64,000 bases of DNA from Torpedo marmorata. Lineage: Eukaryota. Positions 50,051-62,622 of this stretch are shown piece after piece (the first letter of the stretch is position 1; each line of letters starts with the position of its first letter). The notes beneath the pieces were generated by a model. The model did not search any database. It worked only from the letters and a program-made list of their open reading frames with translations, and was not told the origin of the DNA. Where the stretch lies: the NCBI GenBank assembly GCA_977017645.1, contig OZ360230.1:74090001-74154000 (forward strand), given 5' to 3'. The position numbers were made by a program, and so were the translations under genes.

Positions 50051-53000
50051 GTTTGGTTTGCAATGTGTTTTAAGATCTAAGATATAGCTGAAAACCAATT
50101 CATTGAATGCACCTCAAACTTTGACAAGGTGATCTTATATTCCTCCTAAATTTTCTTTCAGAAGTTTCCATACATCTTTATTTAATTCCACTGTAAGATA
50201 TTTTAGTTTGAATAGAATGTATGCTAAATTGTGTGAAGCCGAGTTGTTGAACTGCTATTTTCTTACATATTGTCAACTGTATGATCTTTAAAAGTAAACT
50301 GCAGTCAAAATACCGTAGCAAGATAATGGCACATAATGCTGCCAATATTGCATTCTTCTAAAGTTTCAGAAAGGGACGTAATCATATTCAAAACAATACT
50401 TCAGAGTTTTTCAATTTAAAATTAGTATTGAGAAAAATGTGGTTGTTTTAAACTAATAAAATCACCCAGTTAGCATTCCAATTGAAACAGACAGTACAAA
50501 AATGGTGTTTTATAAATCTAATTTAAAGTATAGGGGTATTTTTTTGTAACTTGCACTTGGATTTAAGAATTGAAATTGATTTAAACGATGCTTGTTCTGA
50601 ATTAACCATCATCACACTATAAGAAGAAATAATGGATAAGGCTTGAGGGGAGCTCCTGGTTGACTTTAGACCTTCTGAACTTGTCTCCTGCTGTTTACGA
50701 TATTCATATTTAATCTGTATTCTCCACCCACAGCAAAACCACTGTGGGAGTTGTTGGATGTCAGAGTTTATTTGTACCATTTTGGTTAGCACGGAGCTGT
50801 CAAAGGCTTATTTTATTATTAATGACCCCTTGCTGTGGAGTTAAGAGACAGGAAAATGGAAGAAGGGAAAGTTGTTTGAGGGTGGCAGAAATTAAATGCA
50901 TCTTCATCGAAGACAATCAAGTTTAAAAAAGCTTGAAGGAACGTCGATAGATTTCATCAAGCTGCTACTCTTTCCTCCCCAAAATTAAAAAAGCACCGAC
51001 CTCTCACTTATAGAAAATATAAACTATTGCTTTCTCACAAATTATGGATTATCCAAAATTCCCAAATAATACCTTCTGCAGTACATACACATTGTTTGCA
51101 ACAATGCACCAAACCAACATTTACTGCTGATAAAGCAACATCTTGTGTTAAAATGAAACACGGAAACATTGTATAACACGAGTCCCTCCAGGTGCTACGG
51201 GATCCTAAAACAGAGGGAGCTGGATTAACCCCTGCTGAGTTTCCTTCTCCAGCCCTCAACTGTTCTACTCCATTCCTCTTCAGTGTCTCTTTGTGCCAGG
51301 CAGGTGTCAGAATGCTTACTGTGAGGAAGGGCCTGTTGATGTATACCACAGATGGAGCGTGGAAATTGGCAGAATAGGCTTCTGCCATAGGCCACTTCTT
51401 AGGCCCCAACAAAAGGAGCCAAATATGTCAACAAAACTCCTGAGAACCACAAAGAGGAAAGTGTCATTTGTCATTAACTCTGATCCAGTGATGGGGTATC
51501 AGAGTTACTAAAGCATGCCTAGTTTTCAGGGAAGTAAAAATGATAGTTCTGCTTCTTTAGAATGAGGTTTGGTTTAGTTTTGAGAACAGGTGGCTTTAGG
51601 CAGACTGCAATTCTTTTTTTTCAGTACTTTCAGCTGGAAAGATTATACTACCTTGTACATGTTGAAATTTTGTTTAAGGATTTATCTGAATTAGCTTTAT
51701 TATGGGCTAGCAAAATCTTTTAATTTTTGTTTTTTATATAAGCTTTCACAAATGAAATGGGGCAAAAAAAAGCATATCTATGAAGGACAATGAATCTGAT
51801 TAATTGATCTCCTGAGAAACAACATTTAACTCCATAGTGAGCATTTAATTCAAAAGTTTAAAAAAAATCTATGTGAAAATTACACATCTTCTTTAAATGT
51901 ACATCTTCTTCCACAGACTCACTGCACCTTTTGAGGATTATATTTTTTTAAACACTTGTGCTGAAAGCCAGAGCAGCTGTGGAAGTACGGACAATGTTGC
52001 TTTTTTAAAAAATCTATCACCCTTGGGCCAAAATGGGGAGGACCGGAAAGATTCACAGGGTGATTAATAGTCTTGACAGACCCCTGATTGAGTGCCTTTT
52101 CTCTGGCTATAAGTTAGCACCTAAGAGCAGGGGAAGAGACAATCAGACCTATCAGATATGAATATCCCACTGGTTGTCATTAGAGACTCAGAACCAATAC
52201 TCCATTTAATGTGACTATCTGGAGCAACTTTTCAAACCCACACTTTATGATTGAGAGGCAGGAATGTGACCAGTAAACCAAATGTTGCTTCATATGGGAA
52301 TTGTTTCTGTTGCTTTAATACCTGAGAGTGCAGTCAAAACATTTGAATTGTTCAACATCTGCACATTTTGTTATTTATCTTCCCTTTGTGAACTTCCGTC
52401 AAAATGTCAAAGCTTTCTGGAAAAGTGATGCAAATGGGCCAGAGAAAACAAGATGATAAATCAGGGTCCACAGAAGTGGTTCAGCAAATCACTCATGTTA
52501 GCTGTGGCAATGAACTAAATCCAATTGATCAATATTGGCACAACGCAGTTCTTCATTTCAACTCATTCCAATGTGCTGAACTTGATCATCTATAGGAAAG
52601 TGTCCAAGGCATAGCTGTTCTCAGTGGTGTAGCCCATTTTTGGGAGCAGCCTAGATTAAATATTTTGGGTGCATTCCACAGGACCCACAACAATTTTACA
52701 CGAGGCCACTCCACAGACAAATTAGATCAAGCATGAAGCCTTGGGTTCCTTGTAGTTGAGGATAACTTATTTCCACACCAGTTCTATGGATTCTGAGGTC
52801 ACTAATGAGGCCAAAGTGGGACCAGCAGACTCATTCCTTTGGGATCAGTAACAGGTAGCGTGGACACAGTGTGTTCCACCCATTACTCTGGAGTTCTGTG
52901 TGCTCCTAATGAATAGACTGGAGGTCAATGCTTTCTTGAATGATCATTTGGAGTGATCATTGGCCAGAGATTGCCACAAATGTTTTTCAAAGAACACTCT

Positions 53001-53207
53001 TGAATAATTTCCTCTGTGCATCTGGCAATCTCTTTTAGTGTCAGCTTCAGGAATTTGGTGCTGGGCATGTGAATGATGTGGCCTGTCTATCAGAGTTGAG
53101 AGGAGTAAAACACGAATGTCTGCAGACACCGTGATTGAAGGAAAAACACAATGCTAGAGAAACTCAGCAGGTCAAACAGTGTACTTTATATAGCAAAGAT
53201 AAAGATA

Positions 53208-53248
53208 CATAACCAACGTTTCGGGCTTGAGCCCTTCATCAAGGTATG
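53208..53248 (-). ncRNA. Minimal type I hammerhead-ribozyme-like motif (Penelope-associated)
   Basis: Minus strand CAUACC-UUGAUGA-A-GGGC(UCAA)GCCC-GAAAC-GUU-GGUUAUG: core boxes, stem II hairpin, palindromic ACGU stem III, closable stem I. U replaces C3; activity unknown. Confidence 0.55.
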
Positions 53249-53265
53249 AGCCTCAAACCTTGATG

Positions 53266-54092
53266 CACTAACAATTACCTCGCACTCAATGTCACCAAAA
53301 CTAAGGAGCTGATTGTTGACTTCAGGAAGGGAAAACCAGATATGTACAATCCAGTGATCATTGGGGGATCAGAGGTGGAGAGGGTGAGAAAATTTAAGTT
53401 CTTGGGAGTCACTATCTCGGAGGATCTTTCCTGGACCCAACACACTAATGGCATCGTGAAGAAAGCACGTCAGCGTCTCTACTTCCTCAGGAGATTGCAG
53501 AGGTTTGGTATGACATTGGAAACCCTGGTAAATTTCTACAGATGAGTGGTGGAAAGTGTGCTGACCGGCTGCATCATGGTCTGGTATGTGAACACCAATA
53601 CCCCCGAGCGTAAAGCCCTGCAAAAGGTAGTGGACACAGCCCAGGACATCACGGGCAAACCCCTTCCCATCATCAAGAACATCTACGGGGAATGCAACCG
53701 TCGGAGAGCAGCAGCAATCATCAAGGATCCACACCACCCAGCACACGCTCTGTTCTCGCTGCTACCATCAGTAAAAAGGTATAGGTGCCACAAGACTCGC
53801 ACCACCAGGTTCAGGAACAGCTGCTGCCCCATCTCCATCAGACTTCTCAACAACAAACTCAATCAGGGACTCATTTAAGGACTCTTACTTGGGCACTTTA
53901 TTGTTTGTTTTTCCCCCCTCTCTGTATTGCACAGTCAGTTGTTAACATTTGTTTATTTGTTTACATGTGTACATTGTGTACAATTTTTTTTGCACTACCA
54001 ATAAGTGGTAATTCTGCCTGGCCCGCAGGAAAAAGAATCTCAGGATTGTATGTGATGTCATGTATGTACTCTGACGTTAAATCTGAAATCTG
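53266..54092 (+). mobile_element. Rex1/Babar LINE 3' part
   Basis: KTKELIVDFRK, FKFLGVTISEDLSW, KKARQRLYFLRRL, ESVLTGCI.VWY, IIKDPHHP, RFRNS; tail aaatctgaaatctga. Confidence 0.92.
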
Positions 54093-54559
54093 ATTATGTA
54101 TCTTTATCTTTGCTATATAAAGTACACTGTTTGACCTGCTGAGTTTCTCCACATTGTGTTTTTACTGTCCATCGGAGTTGACTGAATGTAATTAGGGCTT
54201 TAAAGCTGGCAATATTTTCCTAGGAGGGGGGATGGTGATATTGTTTTAGATATTAAGAGGTTCAAGGGATGCAGGATTTGTAGAGAAAAGTGGTGTTGAG
54301 TCAAAAGATTAGCTACGATCTTTCTGAAAGTTGGAGCAAGCACAAGGGGCTGAATGAACTACTTTTACTTCCATTTCTTTTGTTCCTCAACATACCCTGC
54401 CAATGGATTTGGAGGATTATACAGAGACAGCGTTAGTGATACTTTTGCTCTGTTTTGAGATGACTACTATAGATCATCCTATCAATAGACAATGAACATT
54501 GTACCAGGTTTGGTCTTTAATATATTCTCTATTTCTAGAACTGTAACTGGAGGTGAAGG

Positions 54560-54710
54560 CCTGTGACATAGGGCATTACAGGTTAAAGATGATAGTAGGT
54601 CAGACAGCCAACAAAGAATTGGTCAGATTAGATGGGCAATTGAGGATTGCAAGGGTGGCATTAAGGTGTTTGGACAGGTGACTGGGGACCCTGAGCTTCT
54701 CCTTATTTTC
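54560..54710 (+). mobile_element. Possible decayed Harbinger DDE nuclease fragment
   Basis: RCLDR*LGTLSFS at 54664 resembles the Harbinger motif RFRCLDRSGG.LQYSP. Confidence 0.3.
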
Positions 54711-55184
54711 TTTCAACAGTGGAGAGGCAATAGCCTGAAATGAACTTGAGGTCAGTTGCCAATGTATTTGACCCCCTGTTCTGCTCCCAGACTCACCATC
54801 AAGCCTAGACATGGAACATTGAATCACTCAAGGGCGGGATTAGATGGACATTGTATTTGGGCCTCAGTTTTATGTTAGGGTGGGCAGGTGTGCGAGGGGT
54901 TGGAGAGTCAGTGGGAAATAAAAGCGTTTTAATGATTTTATTTCATATTAATTTGTAATTACTTGTTTGTATATTAATGCTTTCTATCACAATCATATTT
55001 TACGTAAATTTTATTTTTGAATTAATTCATATATATTTGAATAGTTTTTAAATGTCTCTGACTTTTAAAAGTATTTAAAAGTAGTTAAAAGCTGCCATGG
55101 CATTCCAGTGGGATGTGGCCTCAGGACATAATGAAAGTTTAAAATAAATGAAAGTCAAAAGTTAGAAACACTGAAGTTGATGGA

Positions 55185-55600
55185 ATTCTGAAATGAAATC
55201 AGAAAATAAAAGCAGTGGAAGTACTCAGCAAGTTATGGAATATCTTCAGAAAGAGAACAAAGCTAACATTTCAGGTCCGGGACTCTGTCAGAACTGGGAA
55301 AGAGAGAAACCAAGTTGATATTCTTTTAGATGTGAAGTGCTGAATGAGCAGACCCTCTAACATAACTGCAGGTGATAGAAATCTAAAATAAAAACAGAAA
55401 ATGCTGGGATTACTCAGCAGATCAGGCTGCCTCTGTGGGAAAAGAAGCAGAGTTGATATTTCAGCTTGAAGATTCTTTGTCAGAACCCAGTTAACTCTAT
55501 TTATCTTCCCAGGGATGAACCTTGACGTGAGTATTACCAGCACTTTCAGTTTTTACTTTAGATTTCCAACATCAGCATTTTATTTTGCTTTTGACCCTCC
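55185..55600. mobile_element. Old tandem/inverted Penelope-derived repeats
   Basis: Repeated aacagaaaatgctgg..tactcagcag.tcagg motifs (55200, 55390) and their reverse complement at 55520-55580. Confidence 0.55.
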
Positions 55601-58037
55601 AGAACTAATTTGTTTTTCATTTTTTTTCTCATTTCTGAGAAATGGTCTTTAACCTTAAACCTTAACTCTCTTTCCTAACCTTTGATACCCAGCCTGATAA
55701 ACATTTACATTTTCTGTTTGTATTTCAAATTTCCAGCAATTGCATCTTTTTATGATTAACATACACAAATAATTGCCATGGAATAATTGTAAGGTAAGTA
55801 ATTGTCCATCATCACTGTATTTTTTTTTACGGGCAGAATAATATATTTTGAGATGTTACAAAAGGATAATATGGAACAGTTAGTTCATGTAATCCTTATT
55901 TTATTTAATCCTTCTTTAACAGTTGCAAAGGTTTGTTAAATAGAACCCATCTTATTTTCTGCTGTGCAATGCTCCAGAGTAATCATTAAAGATTTTTCCA
56001 TTTCAAATGCTTTCAGCCATACTAATATTCATAGTAGCAATGAATTGGGTCAGAGGAATATTTTTTGGCCATCAGATTAAAATACTTTGGTGCAGGACAT
56101 CTATCTTTGAAACTAAGAATTATTCTCTCCAACCGTACAAAATAGGAGCCAACCTACAAATTTATATTTCAAGCACCACTGCTTATGTATTTTCAACGGC
56201 ACATCCATAATCACACAATTAGTGAAAGAAATCTTGCTAAAATGGCATGTACCAGAATGTCATGCTGTGTTCAGTTCCCTATGAAATTGGTTGAAGTGTT
56301 CATATATCACTGCCTTAACAAAGCCAAATATTTCCTGAAGTCACAGTAAAGGTCAGAGTGAGAAAAAATGCTTTTAATTCCTTAATTCCTTGTTTAATTA
56401 AACTTCATGGCATGTTCACTGGTGGTATTTATTTATGGCTTCCCTCCCTTTTTCATTTGTTCCTCTCGTGAAGAATTTGTAATCCTACAGAGAGTTATCG
56501 CCTTCCTGTTGTTGACCCCTTTGCTAATTGCTGCTTTTCCTACTTTCTCCCAGTTTCATTATTCCTAAGCAGGGTTCTCTCCTACAAAAGCAGCATAGGT
56601 TGCATCAGCCCTCACCAAGGAAGAATGTCATGGATACATAAATGGGCTTCTTAGTGTTCATTTGCTGGTATCCTTTCTTATATTTGAACTGATCCCAAGC
56701 AACTGTGCCACTTTATAATATTCATGTTAATAATATTCTGTTTTAGCTCATGAAATGAATTCCATTGGAATTTTATAATGTTTAATGAGCCTTGCCTTCT
56801 TTTCCTTCATTGAGTAGAAATGACAGCTATATTTAAATTTAACATTAATCTACACCATTCGATAGAATTATGATCAGAAGAATTGTGTTCATTCTAATTT
56901 GTAGATTTATACAGGAATATGTAGAGGTTAAACTATTGTAAGTTACAGAATAGTTGTACTGGACTTGAAGCCGGAACACCGATAAAACTGGTCAAACTTT
57001 GCTTGCAAAAGCATAATGATATTTTTTCCTCAAGGCTGGATAGGTGTTGCACTCAATAGGTGGAGACAGAATGTTTGGTGATGCTCAATACTATTTGCTG
57101 CTGGCACTTCATTATAAACATGAACATATTAAATATGATGTGTCAGCAACAACTTGAGATCAGTTCAAATATATGGATATCTAAAGAAGGACACTAGCAA
57201 ACCCATGGAATGTTACTTGTATCCTGTTATTCCTGAGTGTTGTACGACTGCATATCAATGCATGATAGTCTTAGCTCATTGAGCTTTTCTGCAGTTCATT
57301 GATGAGATGTGCAGTGATCCATATCTTGCTGTAGCTTTAAAAAAATCTGAGAGTCACTGTTCAGAACTGAAGACATGTATTAATTCATAGCCTCAGATAG
57401 ATAAACTCTAAGTAAAGAAATTGTCGATTTCATCTAACTGGGGCATTTATCATCCAAGCATGTTGAATTTCTTATTGGCCAGACAAAAGTCTCATTTTGG
57501 AGAGAATAAATGACCAAGAATTGAAGGCAGAATAGTTAGTCAGAATCCTTAGTCCACCTTCCCACCCTGATTCCTTGCCTGTTTAACCCACTACAAACTC
57601 TGCAATGACATTTGTCATTTGTGCATATTTACCTGCATAAGGCCGGTTATATTTTGGATGTTGTCTTTGGTCCCGTCCGTGGTCTTGAGCTACAAGCATA
57701 TGATCCATGCAGCATCACACTAATGTGCTTCTTTTGGAGCAATTGAAGAATCTCTGGGCCAGTATACAGTAATTGGTTGGAACCTGACTATTATCTGTAC
57801 AGACAGATGATTTCTTCTTGTATTTAAGAGTCCAACATTTCCAATTAGCTGCCAGTGACCTGGTATAGTTTATTGAAATTCTTGAAATTATCATTGTGGT
57901 TAATTATTATAGTTATTATTATAGTTCATTGAAATTCTTTTGGATTGGTATGTTTCTGCTCAAATAGTTATAATTTGACAAAAATTGAGGGATGGAATTG
58001 TGTTTAATTTTGGACATTGTCCATTAGGAAAGATGCA

Positions 58038-58303
58038 CGGCACAGTTAGTGTAGCGGTTAGCGCATCGCTGTTACAGCACCAGCGATCGGGACCTGGGTT
58101 CGATTCCCGCGCTGTCTGTAAGGAGTTTGTATGTTCTCCCCGTGTCTACGTGAGTTTTCCCTGGGGGCTCCAGTTTCCTCCCACCCTTCAAAACGTACCG
58201 GGGGCGTAGGTCAATCAAGTGTAATTGGGCGGCACGGACGTGTGGGCTGAAAGGGCCTGTTACCATGCTGTATGTCTATGTATGTATGTATGTCTATATG
58301 TAT
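58038..58303 (+). mobile_element. V-SINE (HE1-like), full length
   Basis: A-box tagtgtagcgg, B-box ggttcgattcc, V-domain, CR1-like tail, (TATG)n terminus. Confidence 0.9.
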
Positions 58304-58337
58304 GCCAAGAGATTGGAAAGGTTGAAAAAGAGTGAAG

Positions 58338-58480
58338 GTGGCACAGTTTCACAGCTGGTAGAGTCACTGTCTCACAGGACTAGAAACACTAGAGACACAG
58401 GTTCAATCCTGATCTCAGGTGCTGTCTGTGTGGAGTTTGCATGTTGTCCCTGTGATCCTGTGGACTTTCTCCAGCACAAT
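58338..58480 (+). mobile_element. Older V-SINE 5' part
   Basis: ggttcaatcc B-box and gtgtggagtttgcatgtt V-domain. Confidence 0.7.
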
Positions 58481-58664
58481 GGCCTCTTTCTTTGCTCTTT
58501 GGTGCAATCATAGCTTAGAAACATTGAGTGTGAAATATATTTAAATTGACTTGCAATTCCATTTCTGAACTGCTTGGGGTTTGCTATTGTGGTATGAAGT
58601 TAAAGAATTAACTTAATTGATCAGCTGGTGTGCAGTCAAAAATAAACATTATTTTTAGAAAGCT

Positions 58665-59260
58665 AATCACAATCTGCTGGAGGAACTCAGCAGGTCAAGC
58701 AGCATCAGTGGGAGAAAAAGAATAGTCAATGTTTTGAGCTGAAGCTCTTTATCGCGACTGGGGAAATGTAGAAGAGAAGATAGTGTAATGAGCACAGGGT
58801 GGCAGAGGTGGGATAGAGGCCCCATATGGGATTAGTGAACCAGACTTAGCTTTAACATGACAGAGGCAGTAGATCTCCCCCTCCCCCCACCCAGTTCCAT
58901 CTGTCTTTCTTTACACCACCATTCTCACCTGCTCCTTATCAGATTCCAGCGGTAGCGGCTTTTGTCTCACCCTTGTATGGCTCATTTTCCTCCACCTGAC
59001 CCCTTTGGTTTTCTTGCAGCTCTCCCTTTGGCTGGCACCCGTCAAAACATTCACCAGACCAACATGGTGCCCCCCCCCCCCAAAACCCCTGTCTGCATTA
59101 AACTGGCTTCTCTTCTCCATATCCCCAACCTTGGTAAAGGGTTTTCGGCTCGAAATGTCGACCATTGTCTTTCTCCCTAATGCTGCTTGACCCGCTGAGT
59201 TCTTCCAACTGATTGTGTTTAGCTTCAGATTCCAGCATCTGCAGTCTTCTGTGTGTCTCA
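58665..59260. mobile_element. Penelope-derived element with inverted termini
   Basis: Arms ctggaggaactcagcaggtcaagcagcat (58678) and atgctgcttgacccgctgagttcttcca (59180) enclose pyrimidine-rich pLTR-like sequence. Confidence 0.65.
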
Positions 59261-59662
59261 TGTTTTCTTTCAATATTCCAACATAGAATTGTATTTCCAA
59301 TATTTTGTTTGTACCCTTTGGTATGATTCAAATGAATAAAAGATATTCTTGCATACATATGTAAAGTAAATAACTCCCAACCATTTCCACAAAAGAGCAA
59401 TCAATTATGCTCAGCAATTAAATAGGTGTTAAACTGATTAAAGAACTTGAAACAGAATCGACTACATTTTTGGGTCTTGTGTACATTGAGACTTGCCTCA
59501 AATGATATTGGTTGTTAATGAGTCTCCATGGACCTTGAGACAATTTATGAGAGTAAACCATTTACTTGAGTTCCCTGTGATTAAAATGTTTTAATCACTT
59601 TGCCAATAATTCATATTGTCAAGAAGCCAGAATAGAGTTTGAACACCAAGGACCAATATGTA

Positions 59663-59869
59663 AAACACGAAAATCTGTAAAAACACAATGCTGGAGAAAC
59701 TCAGCAGGTCAAGCAGTGTCCTTTATATAGCAAAGGTAAAAAGACATAACTGACGTTTCGGGCTTGAGCCCTTCATCAAGGCATCCCCGAAACGTTGGTT
59801 ATGTATTTTTACCTTTGCTATATAAAGGACACTGCTTGACCTGCTGAGTTTCTCCAGCATTGTGTTTTT
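59663..59869. mobile_element. Young Penelope-derived hairpin with an 18-bp target-site duplication
   Basis: About 85-bp near-perfect inverted arms at 59677-59762 and 59786-59871; ACCAAGGACCAATATGTA at 59645-59662 and 59870-59887. Confidence 0.9.
59745..59784 (-). ncRNA. Minimal hammerhead-ribozyme-like motif with a GUC cleavage triplet
   Basis: Minus strand CC-UUGAUGA-A-GGGC(UCAA)GCCC-GAAAC-GUC-AGUUAUG. Confidence 0.55.
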
Positions 59870-60534
59870 ACCAAGGACCAATATGTATGGACTGTGCTTG
59901 AGTATATAGCCCAAAAGGGAATTTCGTCATTGTGAAATACACAGTTAATGTAAGGGCAGAGCCATAACTTGATGAATGGAATATAATCTTCAGATATGAA
60001 GTCAGTAATTCAAATTAATCTGAGTGTGATCAAACTCATCCTCTTTACCTCATTAACAAAGTCTGGATCCAATAAAACAGTTGGTAGAGTAAGCAAAGAT
60101 TCAAATTTATAAAACATTTTAACAGTGGGTCTTCAACAGTTAAAGCCTTCGTGTTTCCTATTTTTAATTTACCACTGTTAATCTTTTCTTTTCCAAGGCT
60201 TATTGGGTATCCAAGCAGCTCTAGCATTAAAAATAGTCACTGGGTAAAATATGTCCATTTTAAAAAATCTAGGTTCTGGCTTTTGAAACACTCAGAGAGA
60301 TATTTTGATATTTTGGATGCAAAGAAGGAATTCAATTATAGGGAATTACAGATATCCACAAACTAAAGTGAATAACTGAAATAAAAGTTATCAAAGTGGA
60401 TGATATGAATGGAAAATTTTAATATAGATTAATCTGAGCAATGTGCAGAGTTGAAGCATTTAAGATTGAGAAAGAAAGATCTTCAGGTGCTCATGTTCAT
60501 GGAAGTGGTTGTCAACAGTTAATTAACCTGCAGC

Positions 60535-61690
60535 ACCTAATTACACTGAATCACTCTGTATTAATTGTGATTCAGATTGAATCTCATTCGAATAAGTGTT
60601 AATTTACATAAGTGCTCATTTATAGGGAGAATCCCTGCTGTATAAAGTATCTTTATACAATGACCTTTCCTGCATAAAATTGTCTATTTACAGTGAATCT
60701 CTGTGTAAAGCGTCAGTTTACTTTGAACTTTGAGTAATCATTGACCATGAATCCCCTACAGACACATTGTAGAGTCAGTGAATCACCCTGCTGTATTAAA
60801 TGTCTACTTGGGAGTGAGCTTTCTTTGTAGTACTGTTCATTTGCAGTATAACTCTGCACCATTAAGCATCCTATTAAAAGGAATCTTCTCCTGTATAAGT
60901 GGTCCATTTACAGAATATCTCCATATATAAATGGTGTGCTTATGGTAGTCTCCCTGCATAACTCAAGTATTTACTGGATGTTTCCTTGTAAGAAGTATTC
61001 ATTTATTGTGAATCTCTCTCAAATAAAATGGCCTTTCATAGTGTATCTCGTGTATAACATATTGAAATAGTAAATCTCCGTACTATATAATGCGTCAATT
61101 CACAATGAATTCACTTTGTACTGAGTGTCTATTTACAGTGAATCCCCTGCAGGAATTGTCAATTTACAGTAAATTCCCTGTGCAACTTATGCATTTACAA
61201 CAAATCCTTCCACTGTATAAACTGTCCACGCTAGAAAACTTGTTGAAAGCTCACATGATGTAAGTTAAAGGTGGTTGGTGAAGGGACTTCATTGTAGGAA
61301 GGGCTCAGGCCCAACTATGGACGCTGTGAGACCTGCTGAGTTCCTCCAGCATTTTTGTATTTTTACTACAATTACAGCATCTACAGACTTTTGCATTTCA
61401 GCGCATTGTAAATGAACATCTTATGCAGTAGAAATTTATTATACGTGTGCACTTAAGACCAAGAGAAAAGCTGTGAAGGAAGTGTAAGAGTTATGGTGAA
61501 TCTCCCTTTGACTGAAGTTATTAATCATGGTGAATCTTCCTGGTACATTAATGTAAATTATTCATTCCCAGAGAATCCTATTGTTTTAATTGTCTACATC
61601 CAATGAAGTTCTGTCTTATTTGTTGTTGCGTAAATGACAGTAAATGTCTTTGTACGATTTGTCCCCTTTCAGTCAATTTTGTTGTTTGAA
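60535..61690. repeat. Degenerate ~31-33 bp tandem array
   Basis: Recurring unit like TGTCYATTTACAGTGAATCTCCCTGTATAAA at 60681, 60902, 61126 and 61157 (31-nt spacing for the last two). Confidence 0.7.
61295..61402 (+). mobile_element. Penelope-derived half element inserted in the tandem array
   Basis: gaagggctcaggccc..gacctgctgagttcctccagcatttttgt..tctacagactttt matches the hairpin family arm. Confidence 0.7.
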
Positions 61691-62289
61691 GAACATACCG
61701 GACTAGAAAAAAATTGTTCAATGTATTGGTCTTGAAAATCTCCAGGACTGTTGTGACTTGCAGCTAAAATTTCACCCATTGGTCCTCTCCTAAACCATTC
61801 TTGGGATACAGTGCAGTGTCAGTTCATTTGAATTTCCATTTGTAGTTGAGCAGAGTAATTCTGAGATGTGTGCTCTGGGGAATGCTGCCCATGAAAAGAC
61901 AAAAAAACAATGAAGATTGTATCAGCTGGTTGAATAGCAGCAGGTAAGTAGGACATTGCTTGGCACACTGGGTTGCCTTTCAGACTGCCATAATGGATGG
62001 TTCACATACAATTCAAAGCCATTTTTATGGTACATCTCCAAGTGGAAAATCTGGTGGAATCACACAAAGAAAGGCATTGTAAAATGGCATAAAGTGTGGT
62101 GTCAACCTTTGCACAGTGATGACATGCTAAAATGAAAGGAAACAGACTTGGCTTTATATAGCACCATTCACTATCCAACAGCCTAAGTACAATGTTGTGA
62201 GTTTGACTCCTTAAAGGACGCACAATTATACTGATCTGTATGATCTGGCAGTGCCTTGCCAGTTCTTAAGTACAACATGCATCAGGAAA

Positions 62290-62400
62290 TAAGATTATCA
62301 TTTAAAGTTTGTCTATTTCTGGGATGTTGTGTATAAAATGGCTGCCTTGTTCTCCAACATTACAACAATATCTTTATTTCAAAAGGATATCAATTGCTGT
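62290..62400 (+). mobile_element. Old Deu-SINE-like (SacSINE1/AmnSINE1-type) 3' fragment
   Basis: aaatggctgccttgttctccaacattacaaca...ttcaaaag resembles the recalled Deu-SINE 3' consensus. Confidence 0.45.
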
Positions 62401-62402
62401 TA

Positions 62403-62622
62403 AATCAGAATCAGAATCAGAATCAGAATTTATTGTCATGAACAAGTCATGAAATTCGGTGTTTTGTGGCAGCATCATAGTGCAATTAACATTCATATTA
62501 ACCATCTTACGACATTACTGTAAAAATTATAAATAATAGTGCACGATAAGTAAGGCAGTGTCTTTGGTTCATTAATTATTCAGGAATCTGATGGCAGCGG
62601 GGAAGAAGCTGTCCTTGTGCCT
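62403..62622 (-). mobile_element. Rex1 LINE 3' end
   Basis: (AATCAG)4 tail followed by tttattgtca; reverse complement gacagcttcttccccgctgccatcaga (DSFFPAAIR). Confidence 0.85.

Larger units (their letters stand above)
53100..54164. mobile_element. Penelope-derived palindrome split by a Rex1 insertion
   Basis: Left arm 53140-53212 and right arm 54093-54165 are near-perfect inverted repeats; flanking direct repeat CTGTC(T/C)ATC(A/G)GAGTTGA at 53083 and 54165. Confidence 0.85.

Noticed and set aside
58038-58115. tRNA gene
   Set aside because: A and B boxes continue into the V-SINE core and CR1 tail; it is a SINE head.
60535-61690. CRISPR array
   Set aside because: Units are contiguous and degenerate with no unique spacers; the context is vertebrate and there are no cas genes.
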